From Anaerolineae bacterium (GTDB lineage: Bacteria; Chloroflexota; Anaerolineae; B4-G1), in the NCBI GenBank assembly GCA_035531135.1, contig DATKTN010000322.1, positions 458 through 64,457 of the forward strand: DNA of 64,000 nt, read 5' to 3'. The notes below the pieces were generated by a model. The model was not told the origin of the DNA. It searched no databases and was given only the letters and a program-made list of their open reading frames with translations. This document shows, in pieces, positions 47,265 to 55,729 of the stretch (position 1 is the stretch's first letter; every line of letters begins with the position of its first letter). Made by a program: the position numbers and the translations under genes.

Positions 47265-48071
47265 TCACCGCGGGTCACACTGGTGACCCAGGAACTCGCA
47301 CAGCGTCTGATGGAATCGTTCGGGCTCGTCCAACATCGGGAAGTGGCCTGAATGCTCAAAGTAGCGTATCTCAGCCAGCGGTGCCCACTGCGCCAGCACC
47401 TCACCCTGGCCGGGGTTCACAATGCGATCCACCCGTCCATAGACGCCCAGCGCCGGCACGCGGATATCCTTCAGCCGTGAGCGTAGGTCCGTCTTGCGTA
47501 ACGAAGCGATGCTATAGTGAAAGGATTCCAACGTAGTGCGCGAAAGATCGCGCGCAAACATCTTGTACCAAGTCTTCCAATCCCGTGCCAGGAGTGGAGA
47601 CAAGACCCGGACTCCCAATGGGAGGGCATGAGGTACCTGGTAGGCCAAGCTAGCCAGCGAGCGTCGGGCTGCCAACCGCAGAAAGAGAGCCAGTCCATCG
47701 CCCACAACTGGAGAACCCACCACTGCAACCTTCTGAACTCGCTCGGGGTGCTCGATTGCCAGGCCCAGTGAGACGGTGCCCCCCATAGAATGGCCGATGA
47801 TGGGGGCATGTTCGATCCCCAAGCGATCCATAAATTGGTCCACCATCTCGATATAATCCTGAACAGTGAAGCCTCCACCTTGCTTCCCAGACTCGCCAAA
47901 GCCCCAGAAGTCAAGCGCATACGCCTTGCAATCGCGGCCCAGCGACTCCATAGTCCGCAGCCAGTGATCCCACGATTCCAACCAGCCGTGCAGCAAGATC
48001 ACAGCCTGGCCACGGCCGTGGGCCTCATAGTGGACCAATCCCCGGTCAGTAACAATGGAACTCATAGGCAA
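47265..48071 (-). CDS. Alpha/beta-fold hydrolase (paralog of 36187-36978)
   Basis: 268 aa with HGWLESW and GHSMGG (GxSxG), plus a catalytic Asp/His region near the C-terminus (EHSGHFPMLDEPE). Confidence 0.75.
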   Translation of the reverse strand: MPMSSIVTDRGLVHYEAHGRGQAVILLHGWLESWDHWLRTMESLGRDCKAYALDFWGFGESGKQGGGFTVQDYIEMVDQFMDRLGIEHAPIIGHSMGGTVSLGLAIEHPERVQKVAVVGSPVVGDGLALFLRLAARRSLASLAYQVPHALPLGVRVLSPLLARDWKTWYKMFARDLSRTTLESFHYSIASLRKTDLRSRLKDIRVPALGVYGRVDRIVNPGQGEVLAQWAPLAEIRYFEHSGHFPMLDEPERFHQTLCEFLGHQCDPR

Positions 48072-48360
48072 ATCACTCTCGGCAGTCTAACCGTCCCCTC
48101 GATTGCCGGAGGTACCCAGACCTATTGAGCCAGACGTACACAGACTACCACTACCGCTTAATATATCACAAAACTGGGCGAGCAACATTGAGAAACCATT
48201 GCAGTTTCGTTAAAGTGAAGTTACGGTTCCTGATGATACACGACGGTCGAACCCCCATCGTTCAGTCTGGTTCGACCGCCGGGAACAAATAACTCATAAA
48301 TGCAAAGACAGCGTTTGCATCCCATCGATACAAAACGGACCCAGCTACAACATAAATTGT
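48072..48360 (-). promoter_or_regulatory. AT-rich 289-bp intergenic region with candidate promoter and operator-like inverted repeats upstream of the hydrolase-V4R-LbH-dehydrogenase gene run
   Basis: The minus strand reads ttgctc...TGaTATATT, an extended -10. There are two inverted repeats: ATGCAAAgacagcgTTTGCAT (48300-48320) and GGTCGAACC-15nt-GGTTCGACC (48246-48278). Local GC is much lower than in the flanks. Confidence 0.35.
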
Positions 48361-48915
48361 CTACACCACCCCGCCCCCTTGATCCTCCTCACCCAGCAGT
48401 TCCAGGACCGAGTATAGGAGTTCCAGCACAACATGCTGGACGCTATCTCGATCGATTGCCACACAAGGCACCACCTTGACATCCTGAGGGATGTGGAGCG
48501 CGATGCGCAAGTCTTCAGCCGACCATGCGTCCTCTAAGTCTTGCTTGTTGGCAGCAACGACGTACGGCACAGCAGCATAGGAACGGAAGGTATCGAGGAT
48601 ACTCCGAGCCTCACGGAATGTCTCCGGCCGTACACTGTCGAGCAGGACGACGAAGCCAAGCATGCCTTCAGCGAGAATTTCCCACATAAAGTCGAAGCGG
48701 CGTTGGCCGGGGGTACCAAACATGTAGAGCACGAGGTCCTCGTCCACGGTGATGCGCCCAAAGTCCATCGCCACCGTGGTCTGGTCCTTGATGCGCTCCT
48801 CTGCGCTAGAGATCTTTCTCTCCGTCGCGACGACGTCAATCTCGCTGATTGTCTGGATGAATTGAGTCTTGCCCGCCGAAAAGGGACCGGTTACTACGAT
48901 TTTGACAGTCTGCAT
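48361..48915 (-). CDS. MglA-like / COG2229-type small GTPase (Ras superfamily)
   Basis: The P-loop is VVTGPFSAGKTQF (G1), with G3 FGTPGQ and G4 ANKQD. It is 184 aa and directly follows the DUF4388 gene with a 2-nt gap. Confidence 0.7.
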   Translation of the reverse strand: MQTVKIVVTGPFSAGKTQFIQTISEIDVVATERKISSAEERIKDQTTVAMDFGRITVDEDLVLYMFGTPGQRRFDFMWEILAEGMLGFVVLLDSVRPETFREARSILDTFRSYAAVPYVVAANKQDLEDAWSAEDLRIALHIPQDVKVVPCVAIDRDSVQHVVLELLYSVLELLGEEDQGGGVV

Positions 48916-48917
48916 TG

Positions 48918-49748
48918 TTAACGTCTCTGAAAGAAGCCAATTAATCGCTCGACCACGCCACGCTTGACAGCCGACTGGCGCATAGCCACAGGCACCTGGC
49001 CAGTTGCCCCAGACGACGCAGATACGGCCACTCCTTCCGGCCGGACCAACTCCACCAACCCCGCCTGCAACAGGCCATATACGATCTTCCGGATCTGGAA
49101 ATCGCTCACGTTGTTATGCTGTGCAATCTGGCGGACAGTGTTGCGCGGGTTGATGAAGGAAACCACACGCCACTCCTCGACGCTAAGACTGATGTCTCGC
49201 AGCCGCGCCCCGGGACGCTCGGCGAACCTGAGCGCCACGTCGAGGTTTGGGAATATTTCTTGCAGTTGTTCCGATTCCTGCAAGCGACGGCTGCCCTCCA
49301 TAATCACGTTCTCCAGGTCAATGGGAATAGTAATACGATCCCCAAACGGCAGCACGTTTGATTTGAAGTCGAAAGTCCCCTCCGAACAGGTGAAAAGAGG
49401 ATACACGTTGTTCAAGATATGAGTGCGGACACTCACCATGATATCATTCTGGTTCACATAGCCCGCATTGATCAGCAACAGACCCAGTTCCTTGTCGCTC
49501 TTCGCACCAGCCTGCGCCTGGATCGTACGGGCCTGCTCTTCCGTGATCTTGCCCGCCCGCTGAAGCATCGCAGCCAGATGATCGCCCTGCCCATTCAGCG
49601 TCGCATAGATGAGCTTGCCCTCCCTAAAGCACAGGCGTGCCTGGGCGTCACGTGTCCCAATCGTCAACGTACCTGTCTTGTGCGCCAGATTGATCAGATT
49701 GAGTAACTGCGTCGTGCTGAAATCCCGCAGGTTCCCCTTCAGCGCCAT
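48918..49748 (-). CDS. DUF4388 (PATAN-like) domain protein
   Basis: The ATG at 49748 follows GGAGGTG. The N-terminus MALKGNLRDFSTTQLLNLINLAHKTGTLTI matches the characteristic DUF4388 opening (G.L..FSL.DLLQ.L....TG.L). A second, helical domain follows. Confidence 0.6.
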   Translation of the reverse strand: MALKGNLRDFSTTQLLNLINLAHKTGTLTIGTRDAQARLCFREGKLIYATLNGQGDHLAAMLQRAGKITEEQARTIQAQAGAKSDKELGLLLINAGYVNQNDIMVSVRTHILNNVYPLFTCSEGTFDFKSNVLPFGDRITIPIDLENVIMEGSRRLQESEQLQEIFPNLDVALRFAERPGARLRDISLSVEEWRVVSFINPRNTVRQIAQHNNVSDFQIRKIVYGLLQAGLVELVRPEGVAVSASSGATGQVPVAMRQSAVKRGVVERLIGFFQRR

Positions 49749-49963
49749 AAACACCTCCACTACGGCCAGGAGCATCGCCGGCCCGAACGCCGATGCTCGC
49801 TGGGGCCTCCACGCGAGAATGGAGACCGTTCGTCCTCATCTTCACAAGGGTTTGCCGGTTGTTGATTATACCTTCTATTGGCATGCAAGTCAACCGCTGG
49901 GCGAAACGCGATTTGAAAGCAGAAGCACAGGGCGGCAACCCGGTACATATATGGGGGGCAGGG

Positions 49964-50106
49964 CGTCGCTTCACTGCTTGTCCATCTCTCGGGCAAATGG
50001 TATACTACAGACGATGACCGAACTGATCCTCATCCGCCACGGGCAAACGCCCGCGCACGTCGCCAGTCGCTGGGAGGGATGGGGTAATACACCCAACGAG
50101 GGACAA
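49964..50106 (+). pseudogene. N-terminal remnant (37 codons) of a histidine phosphatase (phosphoglycerate-mutase-family) gene, with its own promoter
   Basis: The promoter is TTGTCC-17-TATACT (49964-49990). The ATG at 49991 encodes MTELILIRHGQTPAHVASRWEGWGNTP, matching the RHG catalytic motif region of the family. The frame terminates after 37 codons, and the next gene starts in the +1 frame. Confidence 0.45.
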
Positions 50107-50107
50107 T

Positions 50108-50716
50108 GTGGCCAAACGACGACGTAGCGGAAAACGCTTTCACTTGCTGATCTATGAGCGCATGTGGCAGCGCTGGGCCTGGGCCTGTATCCTGATCATA
50201 CCAACCTCGATCGCCCTATGGTGGTTTGCGCCCGGTGTCCCAGTCCTGTACGCACCGTTCCGCCCGTTGGCCCTCGTCCCAGGCATGGTTGCCCTCGTCA
50301 TCCTGGCGTACACCTACCTGGCCCGACGACTGGCCTGGGTGCAATGTCGGCCCAACCACCTGCGCATTCAGACTCCTTTGTACCCGCTCGTCGTCTCCTA
50401 CAGCCGCATCAAGGGAGTGCGCCCCCAAACCTTTGCCCAGGTATTCGACCCAGCCGGGGAGAAAAAGGCCCGTCGGCGCTGGCTGCACCCCTACTGGGGC
50501 AGGACCGCGCTGGTGCTTGATCTCTCCAAGTATCCGATGGCAAGAGCCTGGCTGCGCCTCTGGTTCAGCCCTTACCTTCTGGCCCCTGATTCCACCGGCT
50601 TCGTCTTCCTGGTCAAAGATTGGATGGCCCTCTCTCGCCAACTGGATGATTTCCGCTCTGATTGGGAGATGTGCCGCACAGCGGAACGGCGGAGGGCACT
50701 GTCTACCCGGTCCTAG
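50108..50716 (+). CDS. Hypothetical membrane protein (bacterial PH-domain / YdbS-like?)
   Basis: 202 aa from a GTG start, with two N-terminal TM helices followed by a soluble domain. The gene begins exactly where the phosphatase remnant ends. Confidence 0.4.
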   Translation: MAKRRRSGKRFHLLIYERMWQRWAWACILIIPTSIALWWFAPGVPVLYAPFRPLALVPGMVALVILAYTYLARRLAWVQCRPNHLRIQTPLYPLVVSYSRIKGVRPQTFAQVFDPAGEKKARRRWLHPYWGRTALVLDLSKYPMARAWLRLWFSPYLLAPDSTGFVFLVKDWMALSRQLDDFRSDWEMCRTAERRRALSTRS

Positions 50717-50722
50717 TGGACG

Positions 50723-53266
50723 CTACACCACCTCCACCATCGAACCATCCGGCATCTTGGTCACTTCGATACGCACAGGGAACGTATCCTTCAACTCGTC
50801 GATGTGCGTGATCACCAACACGCGTGCAAAGTCGTCTTGAATGGCATTGATCGCCTCGACCAACCGCTCTCGGCCCTGTGTGTCCTGCGTCCCAAACCCC
50901 TCGTCAATCACCAGCGTCTGCAACTGCGCCCCTGCCCGCCGTGCCAGGATCTTGGAGAGCGCGATGCGGACGGCAAAGTTGACCCGAAACGCCTCGCCTC
51001 CTGAGTACAAGGAATACTCTCGCGTCCCCAGTTCGTCGGCGATCTTGATCTCCAGTGTCTCTCGCACCTCGCCCGCCTGGGTCTCTCGCTGTGTGTCGAA
51101 GCGCACGTGCATGCGTCCTCCGGTCATCCGCGCCAGGAGCCGATTGGCCTCCACCTCGATCTCCGGCACCGCCGCTTCGATGATCATCGCCGGCACACCT
51201 CTGACGCCAAAGGCAGTCCGCAGTTCTTCATAGATGGACTTTTCGGCGGCCAACTCGCCCTGCCGCTTGAGCTTGTCCGCCCGCTGCTGCCCGAGGGTCT
51301 TGCAGGCTTCCAACCGCTGCTGCGCTGCACCCAAACGCTGGCGAGCGGCAGCCTCCGCGGCGCGGACGCGCTGCAACTCCGCCTCGACCGCCGGTGCGTC
51401 CTTCAGTCGCTCCCGCAATTCCTCAGCCTTCCCGATCACCTCCTCCCGACGCACCTGCTCGGTCAAGATTTGCTCCCGCGACCGCCGTTCGACCTCTTCC
51501 AATCGCCGGAGTGCGGCCTGCTCCCCCTCTATCCCCGTCTGCGCGGCGTCCAAGCGCGCCTTTCGCTCAGCAAAGATCTGGCCTGCGGCCACCGCCTCTC
51601 GCGCCGCCTCGTGGGCCTCCGCGTCGTAGCCCAGTTCTTCCGCTCGCGCCAACACCCGCGTCAGTTCAGCTCGCACCTGGGGAGCGTACTCCCCCGCAGT
51701 CAGCCGCCCGGCCACTGCGGATAGGTCCGCCTGGGCCACCTCCAGCGTCTCCGCTGCCCGTCGTCCCTGCTCGACACGCTCGGCCAACGCCGCCTCCTGC
51801 CTCTGCAGCGCTGGCAGATTGCGCAGCAGTTGGTCGCTCTCGGCAATCTGGCCCTCCAGCGCCCGCGCCCGCTCAGCCAACTCGCGCGCCGCTGCCTGGT
51901 TCGCGCGATACGCATTCCCCCTGGCCCGCCCGTCGGTCTGGAACTGATCCAGCAGCCGCAGCCGGTGCTCGTCGGTCAGGGGCTGCGCGCAGAGAGGACA
52001 CTCAGCTCCCGCTCGCTCCAGCAGCGTGATTTTCTCCTTGAGCGCATCCATCTCTGCCCACAGCGCTTCGTTGCGCGCCCGCAGTTCCGCCTGATCCTCG
52101 GCGATGCGCGACAGATCCTCCCGCGCCGCCTCCCGGCCCTCCAATAACTGCGCCAGGTGAGCGAGCTGCGCCTGAACATCCTCATACTCGGCCAACAGGG
52201 GCTCGTCGGGTAGACGGCTCTCCAGGTCGGCGACGCGCTGTGCGATGACCTCTCGCTCCGCCACGAGGCGGTGTCGCGCCTCCGACAACTGTGCCTCCAG
52301 CGCCGCGCGGCGTTCGTTCAGCTCCACCGACTGGCGCAGCTTGGCCCCGAGTTTCCGTTCCTGCTCGACCGCCTGCCGATAGGCCGCGTAACCGGCCTCC
52401 ACATCGTCTGCCTGGGCCAGCAGGTCCTCATACTCGGCCAATCGCTTCTGCCGCTCAGCCCGTTCCTCGGAAAGCCTCTCCAGTTCCCGCTCCGCCTGCG
52501 CGATCCGGGCGACCAGTTCGGCGGCCCGTGCCTCGACATGCCGAAGCTCCGCGCGTGCCGTCTCAATCTGGCCATAGGCCGCCTGGGCGTCCCGAAACGC
52601 TGCGCTCAGTTCCGCTACGGCCACCTGGGCCGCCTGAAGCTCCGCCTCGTACTCGGGCCGACGGGCCAGTTCGGCGTCGATCTCCCGCAGCCGCAGATCA
52701 ATCACCTCGGCCTCGGCCTGAATGGTCCGCAGCCGCTCTTTGGCCTGCTCCTCGTAGACCGTCCAGCGGTCGAGTCCCAGGATTTCTCCCAGCACACGCT
52801 TTCGCTCAGCGGGCGTCTTGACCGTGAACTCATCGGCCCGCCCCTGGCGAAGGAAGGCAGAGTTGACGAACGTCTCATAGTCGAGCCGGAGGACCCGTTC
52901 GATCTTTTCCTGCGTGGCACGGACGCCACTTTCCGCGATGGAACGCCAGCGCCCAACGTCCCGTACCTGGAAGTCGAGCAAGGTGCTGCCACGTTTACCG
53001 GCCTTGCGTTGGCGCAGCACACGATAGGTCTGCTCCCTCAGATCAAACGTAAACTCGACCGCCATCTCGTCTTCGCCAAGATGGATCAGCTCGTCGTCCC
53101 GTTTGGCCCGCGACCTGCCCCACAGCGCCCAGGTGATGGCGTCGAGCAGCGCCGACTTGCCAGCGCCGTTCTCGCCAGCCAGGCATGCGATGCGGATGCC
53201 GGCCAAGTCCAGCGCCGCCTGGCGGTAGCACATAAAGTTGGTGAGGGAAAGGGTTTGAGGGATCAC
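50723..53266 (-). CDS. sbcC: SbcC/Rad50-family DNA repair ATPase
   Basis: The likely GTG start at 53266 (VIPQTLSLTNFMCY) lies 5 nt after the recN stop. Walker A is GENGAGKSALLDAI. A long coiled coil carries the zinc-hook CPLC. The C-terminal signature is SGGEAF, followed by the D-loop LVIDEGFG and the H-loop ITH. Confidence 0.8.
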   Translation of the reverse strand: MIPQTLSLTNFMCYRQAALDLAGIRIACLAGENGAGKSALLDAITWALWGRSRAKRDDELIHLGEDEMAVEFTFDLREQTYRVLRQRKAGKRGSTLLDFQVRDVGRWRSIAESGVRATQEKIERVLRLDYETFVNSAFLRQGRADEFTVKTPAERKRVLGEILGLDRWTVYEEQAKERLRTIQAEAEVIDLRLREIDAELARRPEYEAELQAAQVAVAELSAAFRDAQAAYGQIETARAELRHVEARAAELVARIAQAERELERLSEERAERQKRLAEYEDLLAQADDVEAGYAAYRQAVEQERKLGAKLRQSVELNERRAALEAQLSEARHRLVAEREVIAQRVADLESRLPDEPLLAEYEDVQAQLAHLAQLLEGREAAREDLSRIAEDQAELRARNEALWAEMDALKEKITLLERAGAECPLCAQPLTDEHRLRLLDQFQTDGRARGNAYRANQAAARELAERARALEGQIAESDQLLRNLPALQRQEAALAERVEQGRRAAETLEVAQADLSAVAGRLTAGEYAPQVRAELTRVLARAEELGYDAEAHEAAREAVAAGQIFAERKARLDAAQTGIEGEQAALRRLEEVERRSREQILTEQVRREEVIGKAEELRERLKDAPAVEAELQRVRAAEAAARQRLGAAQQRLEACKTLGQQRADKLKRQGELAAEKSIYEELRTAFGVRGVPAMIIEAAVPEIEVEANRLLARMTGGRMHVRFDTQRETQAGEVRETLEIKIADELGTREYSLYSGGEAFRVNFAVRIALSKILARRAGAQLQTLVIDEGFGTQDTQGRERLVEAINAIQDDFARVLVITHIDELKDTFPVRIEVTKMPDGSMVEVV

Positions 53267-53270
53267 GCCC

Positions 53271-55142
53271 CTAGCTTCCTGCTTCCTGCTGCCCGCTGCC
53301 TGCCTCTTGCCCCTTGGTTCTCGCCACCTGAGCCAGAATCTCCTCCGCGCTCCGGTAAGCCGCTTCGCCGCTGGCGCCAAGCATCTGCGCCAGTTCCTCC
53401 ACGCGCGCCCGGCCCTCCAGCTTTCTGACGCGCGTCACCGTGCGCTCGCCCGCCACGGTCTCCTCCACACGTTTCTCCACGTGCAGATGTTCGTCCCCGA
53501 AACCGGCCAATTGGGGGAGGTGGGTCACGCACAGCACCTGGTGACGCAGGCCACCTGGCCCCGTCCCCGCCACCAGACTCCACAGCTTTCCGCCGACCGT
53601 CGCGCCCACACGCCCACCGATGCCCTGGTCAATCTCGTCGAAAATCAGCGTCGGCGTCTCGTCAGCGTGGGAGAGGACCGTCTTGAGCGCCAGCATGAGC
53701 CGGGAGGTCTCGCCACCCGAGGCGACCTTCGCCATCGGCTTCAGCGGCTCCCCCGGATTGGGGGAGACGAGGAACTCGACGCGGTCAATGCCAGAAGCAT
53801 CAAAGGCCACACGGGGGCGCGTTTCAGGTTCCAGGTTCCAGGTTTCAAGTTGTTCGATACCTGAACCCGAGACCTGAAACCGGAAACCTGCAACCCCTTG
53901 CGACAATGGGACCCCTTCCGAGTCTGGCCGCCACCGAAAGTCCACCCCGAACCGCGCCCCTTCCATGCGCAAGTTGCGCAGCTCTTCCTCGATCCCCGCC
54001 GCCAGCCGCTGGGCTGCCTCACGCCGCTTCAGCGAGAGTTCCACCGCCAACTGGCCCAGTTCCGCCAACAACCGCCCTTCCTCCGCACGCAGCTCGGCGA
54101 TGCGCTCCTCGCTGTGAGTGATCGTGTCCAGTTCCTGGGCTGCCTTCTCGCTGTAGGCCAGGACGTCAGCGATCTTGGGGCCATACTTGCGCTCCAACCG
54201 CCGGATCAACACCAGCCGTTCTTCGACCTCCCGCAGCCGGCGTGGGTTATGCTCGACCCGCTCTCCATAGTCGCGCAGGCTTCTGACCAAATCCTCGACT
54301 TGATAGTTGACACTCTCGGCAGCGCGCAACTGGGGCTCCAGGTCTGGGTCAACGCGGGCCAACTTTTCCATGGCGCGCAGCCCCACACCCAGCAGGTCCA
54401 ACGCCCCGGTCTGCCCTTCTTCGCTCCCCAGCGCCTGCAGGGCCTCGCCAGCCAGCGCGGCCAGTTGCTCGGCATTGGCCAGCCGCAGCCGCTCTGCGAG
54501 CAACTCCTCCTCCTCGCCGGGATCGAAGGCGGCCGCCTCTATCTCACCGATCTGAAACTGCAACAGATCGGCCCGATGCACCAATTCCTGCTCGCTGCGC
54601 ACGAGGTCTGCCAGCTCCTGCCGCACCGCCCGCGCTTGCCCCACCAACTCTGCGACCTGTGCCCGCAGTGGCCACAGTTCCGCATACCGGTCCAGCAGAT
54701 TGGCGTGCTCGCGCACGCGCAGCAGCGACAGGTGCTCGCTCTGGCCGTGGATGTCCACCAACCCTTCGGCCACCTCACGCAGGAGCGCCAGCGTGACGGC
54801 CCGGCCGTTGACGCGGGAGACGCTGCGCCCGCTAAGCCGCACCTCGCGCCCCAGGTGTAACAGATCGACGTCGTCCCCCTCCAGCCCCTCCCGCCTCAAC
54901 AGGGGATCAATCGCCGCCCGCTGCGCCGGACCCAGCCGGAAAGTGGCCTCGACGATGGCCCGGTCAGCCCCGGCGCGCACGACGGTGCTGTCAGCCCGCC
55001 CCCCGAGCACCAGTTCGACTGCGTCGACGATGATCGACTTGCCCGCACCGGTCTCACCGGTCATGACCGAGAAACCCGGCACGAAGCTCCACTGTAACTC
55101 ATCGATGATGGCAAAATCACGGATGCGCAGTTCGGCCAGCAC
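53271..55142 (-). CDS. recN: DNA repair protein RecN
   Basis: The GTG start at 55142 follows GGGAGG. The N-terminus is LAELRIRDFAIIDELQWSFVPGFSVMTGETGAGKSIIVDAV, and the C-terminal ABC signature is VASGGETSRLMLAL. The gene holds two repeat-encoded insertions. Confidence 0.9.
   Translation of the reverse strand: MLAELRIRDFAIIDELQWSFVPGFSVMTGETGAGKSIIVDAVELVLGGRADSTVVRAGADRAIVEATFRLGPAQRAAIDPLLRREGLEGDDVDLLHLGREVRLSGRSVSRVNGRAVTLALLREVAEGLVDIHGQSEHLSLLRVREHANLLDRYAELWPLRAQVAELVGQARAVRQELADLVRSEQELVHRADLLQFQIGEIEAAAFDPGEEEELLAERLRLANAEQLAALAGEALQALGSEEGQTGALDLLGVGLRAMEKLARVDPDLEPQLRAAESVNYQVEDLVRSLRDYGERVEHNPRRLREVEERLVLIRRLERKYGPKIADVLAYSEKAAQELDTITHSEERIAELRAEEGRLLAELGQLAVELSLKRREAAQRLAAGIEEELRNLRMEGARFGVDFRWRPDSEGVPLSQGVAGFRFQVSGSGIEQLETWNLEPETRPRVAFDASGIDRVEFLVSPNPGEPLKPMAKVASGGETSRLMLALKTVLSHADETPTLIFDEIDQGIGGRVGATVGGKLWSLVAGTGPGGLRHQVLCVTHLPQLAGFGDEHLHVEKRVEETVAGERTVTRVRKLEGRARVEELAQMLGASGEAAYRSAEEILAQVARTKGQEAGSGQQEAGS
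53275..53309. repeat. Tandem heptamer repeat CTTCCTG (5 copies), encoding the C-terminal tail of RecN
   Basis: The run cttcctg cttcctg ctgcccg ctgcctg cctcttg encodes KGQEAGSGQQEAGS on the minus strand. It is the same heptamer family as inside murD. Confidence 0.85.
53830..53905. repeat. Palindromic CCTGAAAC-type repeat element (inverted heptamer arrays around a 10-nt loop), inserted in-frame in recN
   Basis: The left arm is gtttcagg ttccagg ttccagg tttcaag, the loop is ttgttcgata, and the right arm is cctgaac ccgaga cctgaaa ccggaaa cctgcaa. On the minus strand it encodes GVAGFRFQVSGSGIEQLETWNLEPETRP. Confidence 0.85.
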
Positions 55143-55167
55143 GTCCTACCTCCCGACAAAGCAGGAC

Positions 55168-55707
55168 CTACACCCGGCGACCAGGGCGCACCCGTGCATA
55201 GGCCGCGCCCGTCGCCGCCACGAGGTAGACAATTGTCCACACCAGCCTCATCAGCCCGCCGATGTAGTACCCCCCACCTGCTGGACCGACCGCCGACGTG
55301 AAAAGAGAGAACAGCGACCGCATCACCTGCGGCAGCGCTCCCACGAGAATGCAACCACACACGATCAACCAGGTGTACTGCCCACGCTGCCCCCGGACGG
55401 CCCAACGCACCACCTCAGCGATGCCCACGCCTGCGAGCGGCCCCAGGACAATGGCATACCAGCCCAGGCTGGGGATGAGCCAGCCTGCCACCAACGCCAG
55501 AGGCAGCGCGACCGCAGCAGCGACCAGGTAGTGGGTGGGACGGAAACCGGCGTAAAAGGTCCGCTGCTGGGCACGCACGCAGTCCTTGCAGCGGTAGCCG
55601 ACCGGCGTCAGCACCGCGCACCTGGCGCAAATGGGCTGCCCGCACTTGTTGCAACGCAGGTAGGTCTCGACGTTAGGATGATTGACGCAGTACATTGGTT
55701 CGCTCAT
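55168..55707 (-). CDS. Hypothetical membrane protein with an N-terminal zinc-ribbon / B-box-like Cys cluster
   Basis: The N-terminal Cys/His cluster is CVNHPNVETYLRCNKCGQPICARCAVLTPVGYRCKDC. Four hydrophobic helices follow. Confidence 0.4.
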   Translation of the reverse strand: MSEPMYCVNHPNVETYLRCNKCGQPICARCAVLTPVGYRCKDCVRAQQRTFYAGFRPTHYLVAAAVALPLALVAGWLIPSLGWYAIVLGPLAGVGIAEVVRWAVRGQRGQYTWLIVCGCILVGALPQVMRSLFSLFTSAVGPAGGGYYIGGLMRLVWTIVYLVAATGAAYARVRPGRRV

Positions 55708-55729
55708 ACTTTCGACTCCAGTCTCGGCT

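Noticed and set aside
48246-48278. Possible tRNA suggested by a GGTTCGA T-loop-like string
   Set aside because: The flanking sequence forms a simple 9-bp hairpin (GGTCGAACC/GGTTCGACC). It cannot be folded into a cloverleaf with an acceptor stem, and no anticodon arm is evident.
52271-53428. 385-aa plus-strand ORF opposite the sbcC/recN junction, and the 362-aa plus-strand ORF opposite ftsW/murD (5381-6469)
   Set aside because: Each lies antisense to well-supported genes and crosses the recN stop or the murD heptamer repeat. Both are artefacts of GC richness.
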